Shown piece after piece: positions 17,222 to 27,132 of a stretch of 64,000 nt of DNA. Position numbers and translations under genes: made by a program. How positions within the stretch are numbered: position 1 is the stretch's first letter; the number at the start of each line of letters is the position of its first letter. The stretch is taken from the IMG/VR virus record IMGVR_UViG_3300023174_000038, positions 284,702-348,701 of that record; one strand, given 5' to 3'. The notes under the pieces are model-generated. The model was not told the DNA's origin and ran no database searches. It saw only the letters and a list, made by a program, of their open reading frames with translations.

Positions 17222-17391
17222 ATATATATTTATCTTTTGTAGTTTGAATACATCAAATAACGATATTTGATACCGTAGCCTAATATTTATCATTAATAGC
17301 TACACAATAAGTATGCTACTATGTCTCTATGTATTGACCTTAAATAAACTTGAGTGTTATGAGAACTCACGCTCTACAAAGGAGAATTAAC

Positions 17392-18174
17392 TTGAGCAAA
17401 AGAAAAACTAGCGCATTACGTACACAAGACACACGGTTTTCACACAATAAAAAACAAGATAATCAAACTTTTTATACACATGAATCAAAAACGATAGATT
17501 TCTCACAAGCACAGAGGGAAATGCGGGTCAATAAAAAGCCCGTTCAACTTATCCCCAAGTCAGTTAACCAAGAAAATTACATCCTCGCACTACTGGACGA
17601 AGAGACAGATATTGTCGTAGTCACAGGTCCTGCGGGTACTGGTAAAACTTACTTAGCTATGCTTGCTGCCATAAAAGCTATGCGTAATGGTGAATGTGAT
17701 AGAATTATATTATCTAGGCCAGCAGTAGGTGTTGATGATGAAAAACACGGTTTCTTACCGGGAGATATCAATCAAAAGATGGAACCATGGACTAGGCCGT
17801 TATTAGACGTTCTGCGTGAATACTACACCACAAAGGAAATAGCCCACATGCTAGAAGAACAGATAGTGGAAATTGCACCTCTAGCATTCTGTCGAGGAAG
17901 AAATTTCAAACATAGTTGGGTAGTATTAGACGAGGCACAAAACGCAACCCCGGGTCAACTCAAAATGATTATGACCAGAATCGGCGTCGGTAGTAAGATT
18001 GTAATTACTGGCGATATTGAACAAGCCGATCGTAAAACAGCCGACAACGGGCTATTAGATTTACAAAATAGGTTGAGGAAGGGGGTGATTCCGGGATTGC
18101 AATTATGTAAGTTTGAACTGAAAGATGTTCAACGACATAAAATAATTGAACATGTGCTTAACTTATATAGTTAA
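17392..18174 (+). CDS. phoH: PhoH-family ATPase
   Basis: TTG start after AAGGAG; GPAGTGKT, RPAV...GFLPG, RGR, LDEAQN, GDIEQAD. Confidence 0.93.
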   Translation: MSKRKTSALRTQDTRFSHNKKQDNQTFYTHESKTIDFSQAQREMRVNKKPVQLIPKSVNQENYILALLDEETDIVVVTGPAGTGKTYLAMLAAIKAMRNGECDRIILSRPAVGVDDEKHGFLPGDINQKMEPWTRPLLDVLREYYTTKEIAHMLEEQIVEIAPLAFCRGRNFKHSWVVLDEAQNATPGQLKMIMTRIGVGSKIVITGDIEQADRKTADNGLLDLQNRLRKGVIPGLQLCKFELKDVQRHKIIEHVLNLYS

Positions 18175-18176
18175 CA

Positions 18177-18205
18177 AAATGGGGCTTAGGCCCCATTTGT
18201 TTTTT
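18177..18205. terminator. Terminator hairpin between convergent genes
   Basis: AAATGGGGC-TTAG-GCCCCATTT followed by T-run. Confidence 0.75.
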
Positions 18206-18458
18206 CAGTAATAGTTGCTTCTTTTTCAAGTTGTGCAATAAGATTAGGATAAATTCGTACATAATAATCATGCATCCTATCCCACTCACGTTCTAATGAC
18301 TTACCTTCAATTACACATTTATCTACTTTTTTCTTAGCATAATCTAATATAACATTGCAGGTCTGTAAGTCGCTTGGCTTAACTTTTTTAGCAACAGTAA
18401 CTTGTTCATCAATTTGCCCGCCGGGCTTCCTCAGGAATTGGATTAGTAAATAACGCAT
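18186..18458 (-). CDS. Hypothetical protein
   Basis: 90 aa ORF. Confidence 0.6.
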   Translation of the reverse strand: MRYLLIQFLRKPGGQIDEQVTVAKKVKPSDLQTCNVILDYAKKKVDKCVIEGKSLEREWDRMHDYYVRIYPNLIAQLEKEATITEKTNGA

Positions 18459-18471
18459 TTTAATCTTTCTG

Positions 18472-18552
18472 TATAAATAGTAGTGTAGCCCACGAGAATC
18501 TGACCTCTCCGACTACTCTAATGCTCATATCTTGAAAGGAAGCACCAGCATG
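18472..18552 (+). promoter_or_regulatory. Late promoter plus conserved structured HEG leader (copy 1)
   Basis: TATAAATA then AGT-GTAG..CAC-GAGA/TCTC-C..CTAC-TCTAA-TGCT..AAGGA-AGCA-CCAGC-ATG. Confidence 0.8.
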
Positions 18553-19383
18553 ACTATTTATTATTTAATGATTAAGACGCATAATATTACGGGTCTTAAA
18601 TATTTGTGTCAAACTAAACAAAAGAATCCTATTAATTACACAGGTTCCGGAGTTGATTGGAAAATACACTTAAAAGAGCACGGCATAGATATTAGGACTA
18701 GTATCATTAAAGCATCAACTGATAAACATATCATCAATGAGTTAGGAAGACATCTCAGTAATCTATGGAAAATAACTACTGCCATGAATGATTACGGGGA
18801 CAGAATATGGGCTAATAAAATACCTGAAACGGGCGGTGGTGCAGGAGTTACTAGTGATATAGCAAAACAAAGATACGTAGATCATCCTGAGTTGATTGAA
18901 CAATTCAAGAAAACAATGACATTGCCGCAAAGTGTTCAGAGAAGAAAAAAATCTAGGGCTGTTACAGTTTCACAACCTGAATTTAGAGAAAAATTCAAAT
19001 CAACAATGAAACTTGCCATGAATAGACCAGAAGTCAGATTGAATAATAGCATCAATCAGACGAAAGCTCAAAATAGACCCGACGTAAAACTGAATAAAAG
19101 TATTAAACAAAAGGAAGCTCAAAATAGACCCGAAGTTAAGATGCTCAAGAGTAAAAATGGCAAAATAGCACAGAATAGACCAGAGGTTAAAGATTCCAAA
19201 TCAGGTAAAAATAATTATAGATACGATCCAACAATTCGCACATTTATTCATTCTGACGGAACGATAGAAAAAATGCCAGCTAACGATTTCAGTCTAAAGT
19301 ACAACTTAGATCGCGGGTGGCTATCCAATGTAATTCTTGGAAATAGAAAAACAATAAAAGGTTGGTCTGTTAAAGTGCAGTAA
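18550..19383 (+). CDS. Free-standing GIY-YIG (Seg-like) homing endonuclease (HEG2)
   Basis: IYYLMIKTHNITGLKYLCQT..YTGSG..WKIHL; ANKIPETGGG; five tandem NRP(E/D)V repeats. Confidence 0.8.
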   Translation: MTIYYLMIKTHNITGLKYLCQTKQKNPINYTGSGVDWKIHLKEHGIDIRTSIIKASTDKHIINELGRHLSNLWKITTAMNDYGDRIWANKIPETGGGAGVTSDIAKQRYVDHPELIEQFKKTMTLPQSVQRRKKSRAVTVSQPEFREKFKSTMKLAMNRPEVRLNNSINQTKAQNRPDVKLNKSIKQKEAQNRPEVKMLKSKNGKIAQNRPEVKDSKSGKNNYRYDPTIRTFIHSDGTIEKMPANDFSLKYNLDRGWLSNVILGNRKTIKGWSVKVQ

Positions 19384-20296
19384 GTTCACAAAGAGTTGCC
19401 GCCAAACTTATTTCAGGGATACCTACCATACTTAAATTAGCTAAACCATTTCTAATAACAATAATACTAGCATCACGCTTTTCATTAGACTTACCCCATA
19501 AATCTAAATTCTGATACATCCATGCATATGTATCTTCAATACGTGTAGGATACAATGCAATATATTGTAATAACTGTTGTCTGCCTTCAAGGATTTTACC
19601 CGCTTTAAACAAAGTAGTTGCTTCTACTAATAACTCATCTTCACCGCTACTTTGAGTTTGTGCTGATAACAATGTTCCTGTACTACTGTTAACTTGTAAT
19701 TGATTTAAACATTTACGCAAGTCTGGATACGTAGCACGTACATAATTATCCAAATCATCTAAATCAAATACAATGTTTTCACTCACTAACACAGTTGCCG
19801 CTCTCGCAGTGAACTCTGTTTTATCTGTTTTTGTAATGTGAAACTCATGGCATCGTGACTTTAATGCAGGGATAATCCTATGTTGATAGTTACATGTTAG
19901 AATAAATCGTGCGGTCATATGATATGCTTCCATATCGTTACGCAATGCCGCTTGCCCAGCTGGTGTCAAATAATCTGCTTCATCTAGTAATACTACTTTG
20001 AAGTTACCGAAAGGCATTGTTTGTACAAAGTTAACAATCTTGTTACGTACAACATCTACACTATTCTCACGTGATGCATTGATTTCTAATACATCATATT
20101 CACTTACATCAAGTTCATGGATCAATACTTTAGCAAGAGTTGTTTTACCTGTACCCGGATCACCTGATAGTAATAGATGAGGGATAGAGCCATCTTTAAC
20201 CCAACCATGTACTTGATTCTTTTGTCGTTCATCTACAAACACGTAGTCTGCTACTGTTGATGGCCTGTATGATTCTACCCAAAGTTTCTTATTCAT
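19370..20296 (-). CDS. Clamp loader ATPase subunit (gp44/RFC-small type)
   Basis: LWVESYRP, GDPGTGKTT, INAS, LLDEAD, SRC motif, PDLRKCLN. Confidence 0.92.
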   Translation of the reverse strand: MNKKLWVESYRPSTVADYVFVDERQKNQVHGWVKDGSIPHLLLSGDPGTGKTTLAKVLIHELDVSEYDVLEINASRENSVDVVRNKIVNFVQTMPFGNFKVVLLDEADYLTPAGQAALRNDMEAYHMTARFILTCNYQHRIIPALKSRCHEFHITKTDKTEFTARAATVLVSENIVFDLDDLDNYVRATYPDLRKCLNQLQVNSSTGTLLSAQTQSSGEDELLVEATTLFKAGKILEGRQQLLQYIALYPTRIEDTYAWMYQNLDLWGKSNEKRDASIIVIRNGLANLSMVGIPEISLAATLCELTAL

Positions 20297-20586
20297 TTTC
20301 TTAACATTTCTAGTGTAATTATGTGAGCTATGCCCTGACCCATATCTTGGTCAGATGGGATGATATGTAAATTGTGATTGTGTCTATCTGTCTTGTCGTC
20401 ATATGCTGAGTATTCTAGGACATATCCACCACTAGCCATATGAATAGTAAAACTCATACCTCTACTATCAAGGCTTGATCCTCTAACAAGAACGCCTCTT
20501 CTGGTATGTTGTTTTGATTCTACTAGACAATCATTATCTTGTGGATACAGAAAATCACGTAGTTTTTGTCTAAACCAATTTATCAT
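20293..20586 (-). CDS. Hypothetical protein
   Basis: 97 aa, ATGA-coupled to clamp loader. Confidence 0.6.
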   Translation of the reverse strand: MINWFRQKLRDFLYPQDNDCLVESKQHTRRGVLVRGSSLDSRGMSFTIHMASGGYVLEYSAYDDKTDRHNHNLHIIPSDQDMGQGIAHIITLEMLRK

Positions 20587-20963
20587 TAAAATACCTTATC
20601 ACCCATTGTTTCATCCTCCATCGGTTCATCCGATACTAATAGTATATCACCGGGATCAACTTTACGCAATGTTTGTTTACCCAAAGGTGTCTCAACTGTA
20701 ATACCCCTTGTCCAACGCCCGTGACTGATAAGAATCCATTTACCAATTTCTAATTGCGGATCATCCTGTTCTGGACCCAAACCATAAATCTTTGCCCAAC
20801 GTGGACGAATGCCTGAACTTTTTTTATCATCATCTGGTATAATGATACCACCTTTACTGATACGTTCATCAAAATGCATCTCGGATACAATGATATGATC
20901 CTTAAAGAATCTCATTGTATCTACTTTAGTAGGGCTAAATGCTGGTTTACTATATTGGTTCAT
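20586..20963 (-). CDS. groES: GroES-like co-chaperonin
   Basis: D.IIV...E..SKGGIIIPD..K; GPE; ..GD.LLV pattern of Cpn10. Confidence 0.75.
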   Translation of the reverse strand: MNQYSKPAFSPTKVDTMRFFKDHIIVSEMHFDERISKGGIIIPDDDKKSSGIRPRWAKIYGLGPEQDDPQLEIGKWILISHGRWTRGITVETPLGKQTLRKVDPGDILLVSDEPMEDETMGDKVF

Positions 20964-21319
20964 TTCTTTTTAAGTTCCTGTAATTTAATTTGTTCAACTT
21001 CTAATTCATCTTCTAACGATTCTTCTAGTTCACGCTCAATTTCATTAAGTTCTGATAAATCAATCGCTGGTTTGGGAGGAGCAGGTGGTGCAGATGTTTT
21101 TGGTTTGTTACGTATTAGTTGTGCTGAACGATTACCTACAGTTTTATTGTATGAATCGTTTACTTTAGTTGTTGCAGTTTTTATAATACGACCTTGTGCA
21201 TCAATTGTGTCTCCACGTGCATTAACTTTCATATTACCCACTGCTCTAGTTTTTTCATTTTTAGCAGTTAGTGCTGCCATGTCAACGATTTTGCCCATTG
21301 CTGTTTTGTAATTAGCCAT
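20960..21319 (-). CDS. Hypothetical protein
   Basis: 119 aa with SD (AGGAG). Confidence 0.6.
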   Translation of the reverse strand: MANYKTAMGKIVDMAALTAKNEKTRAVGNMKVNARGDTIDAQGRIIKTATTKVNDSYNKTVGNRSAQLIRNKPKTSAPPAPPKPAIDLSELNEIERELEESLEDELEVEQIKLQELKKK

Positions 21320-21329
21320 TATGTTCTCC

Positions 21330-21836
21330 TTATTTTAAAAACTCATCTATAGACAAGTCATAGTACAAGCTATTTATACGGTGTATTCCTATTATAAACA
21401 ATACAAAACTAGCTACACTACTACCACGACCTACACCCCAAACAACATTATTCTTACGCATTGTGTCAACTAAGTATTTCAAATACTGCAATAGTACAAA
21501 CATATTACGTTCTTGAAATTTAATTAGTTCATCACCGGCACGTTGCAACTCTGCTTCATTTTTGCATTGATCTAATACCCATTTAGCAATATCAAACTCA
21601 TAATACTCTTTGGGCATATGCCATTTTGTTTGATTTAATCTATCAAACTCTTCCAAAGAAATAGTTGAAGTGGTGTATTGTTTTAGATTTGGGATATTCT
21701 CTAATGAGAGAAACCCATTAAATTCTATGGGACTATCTACTAATGCGTTAGAGATTGTACGTGTTGGGTCTTGTAAGAACAATTCACATAAATCGTTCTG
21801 ATTGTAAATTAATTGACCATACTTATCTGTTTTCAT
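21330..21836 (-). CDS. Stand-alone fragment of a family C (DnaE-like) DNA polymerase
   Basis: VWGVGRGSSVASFVLFIIGIHRINSLYYDLSIDEFLK matches DnaE GRGS..GSLV.Y.LGIT.VDP....L.FERFL; only 168 aa. Confidence 0.8.
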   Translation of the reverse strand: MKTDKYGQLIYNQNDLCELFLQDPTRTISNALVDSPIEFNGFLSLENIPNLKQYTTSTISLEEFDRLNQTKWHMPKEYYEFDIAKWVLDQCKNEAELQRAGDELIKFQERNMFVLLQYLKYLVDTMRKNNVVWGVGRGSSVASFVLFIIGIHRINSLYYDLSIDEFLK

Positions 21837-21842
21837 TTATGT

Positions 21843-21871
21843 ATTATAGCACAACTGTTACTAAAATACAA
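21843..21871 (-). promoter_or_regulatory. Sigma70-type promoter
   Basis: TTGTAT-17 nt-TATAAT with TGn extension. Confidence 0.75.
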
Positions 21872-21884
21872 TATGTTTGGATAA

Positions 21885-22487
21885 TTACTTTTCCTGTTCA
21901 GTTGTAAAAACAATTTCACAATTAGCTGTGTGTTCTTTTTCTTTCCAAACTAAATTATATTCTGCCCAATCTGTTGTGGGTGTTTTAAACAGTTTGACAA
22001 TCTTGTCTTTTCTTATTGATTTTTTGATAGGGTCGGATATAGAAGTTCCACTATCTGTCCACCATCCGGGAGACTCTAACGGACCACGTGGACTTTCAAT
22101 ATCACATATGAATTTAACCTCATCACTTATACGTGAACCCAATGTCATATCAGTAATAATCAATCTACCCTCAGTAATGCTATTGAGTTTAGTTAATAAT
22201 AACAATGTTATAATTTGGTCATAAGGTTCTTCAGGAACAGTACATACCTTAAATCCACATGTGTTATATTTTTCAATAACTTTATGTTCAGTATCCTGAA
22301 CAAAAATACCATTTTCTAAACAATCACTTAGGAAGTATTTTATTCGTTCCATTGCTACATTTTGTTCTCGGATGGATTGAGTTTCTACTTCCATATACAA
22401 TGTTATTGTATATAGATTCATTAAAAATTCTTCCTTAAAATAAACGCCCGCTTGAAATGAAAATTCTCGTTCTATACGTGTGGTCAA
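21885..22487 (-). CDS. Hypothetical protein
   Basis: 200 aa, TTG start. Confidence 0.6.
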   Translation of the reverse strand: MTTRIEREFSFQAGVYFKEEFLMNLYTITLYMEVETQSIREQNVAMERIKYFLSDCLENGIFVQDTEHKVIEKYNTCGFKVCTVPEEPYDQIITLLLLTKLNSITEGRLIITDMTLGSRISDEVKFICDIESPRGPLESPGWWTDSGTSISDPIKKSIRKDKIVKLFKTPTTDWAEYNLVWKEKEHTANCEIVFTTEQEK

Positions 22488-22489
22488 TT

Positions 22490-22723
22490 TTAGCTTTCTT
22501 TTTGAATATTAATTTGTGTCCGATCACCTTGCTTTTTAAGCAGTTCGTCCATTTTGCGGCCGTATTCAGCTTTATAGCTAGCTATAACCATATTTAGTTG
22601 ATGAATCATAGCACTATTTTGCATACGATATGCAAAGTTAAGTTTTTTGGTCAAGTCTGATATAGAACCTTGAAGTTCTTCTAAGGTTTTATCAGATAGT
22701 GATGAAATGAACGGGTGTTCCAT
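22490..22723 (-). CDS. Hypothetical small helical protein
   Basis: 77 aa; TAAATA 5 nt upstream. Confidence 0.6.
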   Translation of the reverse strand: MEHPFISSLSDKTLEELQGSISDLTKKLNFAYRMQNSAMIHQLNMVIASYKAEYGRKMDELLKKQGDRTQINIQKES

Positions 22724-22734
22724 TCAAATATTTA

Positions 22735-24000
22735 TTACCAAGAAGTAAGTGCAATTCTTTTCCAAATGTCCGAACCCACATATGCAGTCGCTACACATGT
22801 ACCGGATGCAGTTGTTAATGTTAATGCTGTACCCGCAACTCCATTTGTCCTAGATTGACTGATAGTGATATTACCACCTGTTCCGATTGCTTTAATGTAA
22901 TATACTGTATTTGCTGTTATTCCACCAAACGTAGTACCAGTAAACACAACGGGAGCATTATTAGCCAATGAAGTTGTATTATTTAAAGTAATATTACCTG
23001 TACTATTAGTAGCTGTTGCTGATTTATCATATGCTGTAGAGTTATAATCATCAGTACACACGTATAGATATGACACTGGGTTAGCATACATTGGAATTGT
23101 TGGGCTAGCATTTCCTGCTAAATTAACATTTGCTCCACCTAATGTTGATGATACTGTAAAATATGTATTAGCTGAAACATTACGTACATAATAAGTTGTA
23201 CCAACAGTAATATTAGCTTCCATAGTAACACCGGTGAATACAATTGGCATATCTGTATACAATTGTACTGTATTGGCAGTATTAAAATAATCTGCGGCAT
23301 TAGAACTAGTTATTGTTAGTTGATTTACCCCATTACTAGTTGCGATATCACCTACCATATCACCTTGATTACCGGTAGGTATAACGTCACGAGTTTTTAT
23401 TTGGGACGCTATTCTATTATTATTAAATGGCTCTACTGTAATTGTATTACCGCAATCAAGCGTACTAAATCTATAGTCTAATTGAGTCACCCCATATGGT
23501 ACAGTAACTGTATTTGTGTTAGCTATATTAGCATAATTTTCTAAAGTAGTTACACCGTCAGTAACTTGACTAGGGAAAGATAATACTGCTAAATTGTTTG
23601 AGACAGCGAGTTGAAGTTGTACATTGCTTTGTGTACTAGTAGGTGCCCATCCTGTAAACTGAATAGTTGTGTTACCTGCGATAGTACCATATTGAACATC
23701 ACCCAATGATACATTTACTGATACAACACCTGATAAAGCATTACCCAAATTATAAGTACTAGCACGAAAACTACGTGTTAATGCATTACTAATAAGAGTA
23801 TTAGCCATATCGTTATTAACAGTAGAATTAGCTAGTGCAGACTTGACTACAACTTTATTTTGTAGGTCTGTTATTTCTGTGCCAGCTGTATTCAAGTTAG
23901 TTCTAATAGATGCAAAGTTATCTCTGAATCCTTGACTATTGTTGTTTATCCCCGGTACAGGGTAATTTACATTGATGCCGTTTGTGTTAATTGTACTCAT
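22735..24000 (-). CDS. Virion structural protein (baseplate/fibre-associated)
   Basis: Thr/Asn/Gly-rich beta protein, N-terminal coiled coil, C-terminal WKRIALTSW; next to baseplate gene. Confidence 0.65.
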   Translation of the reverse strand: MSTINTNGINVNYPVPGINNNSQGFRDNFASIRTNLNTAGTEITDLQNKVVVKSALANSTVNNDMANTLISNALTRSFRASTYNLGNALSGVVSVNVSLGDVQYGTIAGNTTIQFTGWAPTSTQSNVQLQLAVSNNLAVLSFPSQVTDGVTTLENYANIANTNTVTVPYGVTQLDYRFSTLDCGNTITVEPFNNNRIASQIKTRDVIPTGNQGDMVGDIATSNGVNQLTITSSNAADYFNTANTVQLYTDMPIVFTGVTMEANITVGTTYYVRNVSANTYFTVSSTLGGANVNLAGNASPTIPMYANPVSYLYVCTDDYNSTAYDKSATATNSTGNITLNNTTSLANNAPVVFTGTTFGGITANTVYYIKAIGTGGNITISQSRTNGVAGTALTLTTASGTCVATAYVGSDIWKRIALTSW

Positions 24001-24023
24001 ATTTTTGTTGTTCCGTTATATAT

Positions 24024-26501
24024 TTAGTATTGTGTTTTGTTTGGTAAAATTGTTTGTCTAGGGAACAATACATAGAAATCCTTGCTATCTAATGGATCGG
24101 GTACAGGTGTTGCACTCGGTAAGCCTGTCCAAGCAGGTGGATTTAATTTCTTATCATAATTATAAGTTTCGCTCTTATCTACACTAAATCTATCAATTCT
24201 AAAGTTAATTTCATTCAATGTATATGGCCAATTAGTATTAATATTATTTTTAATAATATCGGCAAATCCCGGTTTAGTGTAACATATTACCCAAGCTTGA
24301 GTATAACCTAATGTACCACCGTTAGCTTGTTGACTTGTCATCCATAATGGTAATAATCTACTATCAAATTCTTGACCTACAACTTGACCCACACGATTAC
24401 GCATATTAAATAGACTATTTGGATATAGTGTTCTTGCATATCCGGGTGTTAAACTAGTATAGTAATCCTGTCCCAATACATTTTCATAACTTGTAAATGT
24501 ATCAGTAACACTTGTATACCATGGACCTAATTGTAAATCAATTGGGCGGGGCCAGTATATTTGTTGTTGTATACTTACTCCAGCTGGATTAACTAAGTTA
24601 TCAATAACTTCGCTATATACTACTTCATATATTATTTCACCTGCATTATTTTTTGCCACAGCAGTTTTTATTTCACCTAATGTTATATTTCTCCAATAGT
24701 GATTTTGTGTTACCGCTAGCAAATATTCATCAATCTCACTAGCATATATACCATATGCATGGTCATATATTATACTAGTTGCTTTACCAAAATATATATC
24801 ATTAGGTCTATAAACCATTGATTCCGGAATTAATGTTTCACTTGATAATAAAGTGTTTAATATAGTTCTATCATTTATACTAGGTGTTGCCTTAATATAT
24901 AATGTATCAGTTGGCTGGGTATATTCTTGTAATACTGTTACTGTAAAAGTTTTAGTAGATTGAACTACAGGATATATTAGTGAATAAGCTTGAATGGTAA
25001 ATGTGAAAACAGTTTGAGCATTTTGTTCTAATAATGTGTCTGTAGGTTGATCCGCTACTCTACCGGTTATTTCTCCGTTATCTAGTAATATTAGATTAGG
25101 TGGAAGTGCTCCACTAGTTATTCTATATGATAAACTAGTATCAGCTTCTGCAAGGACATTTAAAGTACTTACTGTACTATTAAATATTGTTCCTAAATTA
25201 CTTGGTGTTATCCATATTATAGTATCAGTTACCTGATTACTTAAGTTATATCTAAAATTAAAATTAGTTGTACCTATACTAGGATTATTTGTTTTATATA
25301 CATTTACCGCAAAATTAAAAGTGCTTAAACCAGTTGAATTTAATGTGGGTGTTCCTGTAATCCATCCTGTGTCAGGGTCACCGTCTAAATTAGAAGGTAA
25401 ATCAACATATTCATATGTTAATGGATTACCATCAAAATCATAACCTATTATTTTAAATGTGAAATATTCACCACTACGTATTGTGCCAATAAAAGCATTA
25501 ACAGTAGGGTTTACCGGTGGTAAAATATAATACCCATAATATGGATCACTATCTGTAATTATAAATGTTTTTGGTCTAGTATTAAGTATAGTAGGGATGC
25601 GTGAATTAGGCGTATATCCCGGTCCACCTTGACTTACTGGAGTATTTTGATTTACTACGGTAATAGTATATGTAGCGGTATCACCTCCTAAATTACTTGA
25701 TAATCTAAGAACAAATGAATAAGTACGTATTGTAGGTTGACCAACTGATATAGCCGGCAATGTAACAGTCATTGATCCGGTAGCAGATGTTAGTGGGAAT
25801 ACTTCACCATTTTGAGTAGCGGCTATTGTAAATGTTGTAGTGCTATCAATAGTTTTAATGTAGTAAGTCTCACCTTCACTTATACCACCAAATGCAGTAG
25901 AGGTAAAAATTACAGGTCTTCCTATAGTGAATTGAATAGTAGTAGTACATGTTATTAAGTTAGTAGTACTATCTGTAATAGTTGCATTAGTTTGTACTTG
26001 ATTTAAAGTAATATTAACAGTGGGCGGGTTAGCATAACCTCTAATTAAACCCTCAGCATTTATTTCTAAACCCGGTGGTAAAAGACCTTCTTGCAATTCT
26101 ATTACCACAGCATTAGTATTATCTGGGTTTGAATATGTTATAGGTAACTCAATCCAAACACTATCTAATGTGTTTAAAATACTGCCGGCAGGTGTGGTGA
26201 ATGCTGGAATGGCTACACCAGAAATAGTCATTGAAAATGTTCTATCACGCAAATTAGAATTATTATCAGTAGCTCTAATTGTAAAAGTACTAGTTGTATC
26301 GGCAGTAACTAATGTAGGAGTCCCGCTTATTAATCCACTAGTACTAATAGATATTCCAGGTGGTAGTGTACCACTTAGTAGAGTATATGTTATTGTTGTA
26401 GCGGGAAATACAGCCGAAGCTGATAATTGATTTACCATTACAATAGTAGCAGGATATCTACCTATAGAACCAGCGGGTGTGTTCCAAATTGGTTGTGCCA
26501 T
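24024..26501 (-). CDS. Baseplate wedge-like protein with repeated Ig-like domains
   Basis: Repeated LPPG(L/I)...GxIxG(T/Y)P..FTI.A Ig-like motifs. Confidence 0.7.
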   Translation of the reverse strand: MAQPIWNTPAGSIGRYPATIVMVNQLSASAVFPATTITYTLLSGTLPPGISISTSGLISGTPTLVTADTTSTFTIRATDNNSNLRDRTFSMTISGVAIPAFTTPAGSILNTLDSVWIELPITYSNPDNTNAVVIELQEGLLPPGLEINAEGLIRGYANPPTVNITLNQVQTNATITDSTTNLITCTTTIQFTIGRPVIFTSTAFGGISEGETYYIKTIDSTTTFTIAATQNGEVFPLTSATGSMTVTLPAISVGQPTIRTYSFVLRLSSNLGGDTATYTITVVNQNTPVSQGGPGYTPNSRIPTILNTRPKTFIITDSDPYYGYYILPPVNPTVNAFIGTIRSGEYFTFKIIGYDFDGNPLTYEYVDLPSNLDGDPDTGWITGTPTLNSTGLSTFNFAVNVYKTNNPSIGTTNFNFRYNLSNQVTDTIIWITPSNLGTIFNSTVSTLNVLAEADTSLSYRITSGALPPNLILLDNGEITGRVADQPTDTLLEQNAQTVFTFTIQAYSLIYPVVQSTKTFTVTVLQEYTQPTDTLYIKATPSINDRTILNTLLSSETLIPESMVYRPNDIYFGKATSIIYDHAYGIYASEIDEYLLAVTQNHYWRNITLGEIKTAVAKNNAGEIIYEVVYSEVIDNLVNPAGVSIQQQIYWPRPIDLQLGPWYTSVTDTFTSYENVLGQDYYTSLTPGYARTLYPNSLFNMRNRVGQVVGQEFDSRLLPLWMTSQQANGGTLGYTQAWVICYTKPGFADIIKNNINTNWPYTLNEINFRIDRFSVDKSETYNYDKKLNPPAWTGLPSATPVPDPLDSKDFYVLFPRQTILPNKTQY

Positions 26502-26502
26502 G

Positions 26503-27123
26503 TTATGCGCCTAAATAGTCTAATGCTATATGATAGTGATGTTGTCTATCTTCTAAACCAATAGTACCACCATTAATACGTTTTGTTAATGTAATAAAAT
26601 CATCTTTATCACAGAACTGATTTAGTTTGTTATTATCCCAGAACCAACCAGCACTAGCAACAGCACCATTAGGTGTCTCTAAGTATCTAACTGTATCTTC
26701 AATACTCATGTCTAGTGCTTCAGCAAAACGTGTATAGTTATCACGACCAGTTAACTGAATCAATCCGCGACCTCTGAATCTAAATCCATCACCACTGTTC
26801 TCATCACCGTTTTTCATCCGATTAGCATAAACACGATTAGCAATCATTTCTGGCTTACGTTCATATTGTTTAGCAATATCTTCAGTTGGGAAATATTTTT
26901 TAAATGTACCCATTAATCCTTTTGCTGAATAGTTCAAATTTTCAATTACAGCATTAAAGCCACCACTTTCATGTGCTACTTGTGCTAAAAAGCCCGCAAC
27001 ACGTTTTGGATTGTCAAACATTTCGTAGTATTCTGCTACAGTGTTTAGTGGCTCAACAAAACCCTCTAATGTAGAGCGTTTTGTTTTTGGACACATTGCT
27101 GTTAATAATTCTATTGTTACCAT
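26503..27123 (-). CDS. GH19 lysozyme/chitinase-fold lysin
   Basis: FLAQVAHESGGF, FRGRGLIQLTGRDNY, TKRINGG. Confidence 0.9.
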   Translation of the reverse strand: MVTIELLTAMCPKTKRSTLEGFVEPLNTVAEYYEMFDNPKRVAGFLAQVAHESGGFNAVIENLNYSAKGLMGTFKKYFPTEDIAKQYERKPEMIANRVYANRMKNGDENSGDGFRFRGRGLIQLTGRDNYTRFAEALDMSIEDTVRYLETPNGAVASAGWFWDNNKLNQFCDKDDFITLTKRINGGTIGLEDRQHHYHIALDYLGA

Positions 27124-27132
27124 TTGTTTTCC

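Noticed and set aside
17351-17375. Hairpin in the phoH leader
   Set aside because: Short stem with a wobble pair, does not cover the SD, no second copy to support it
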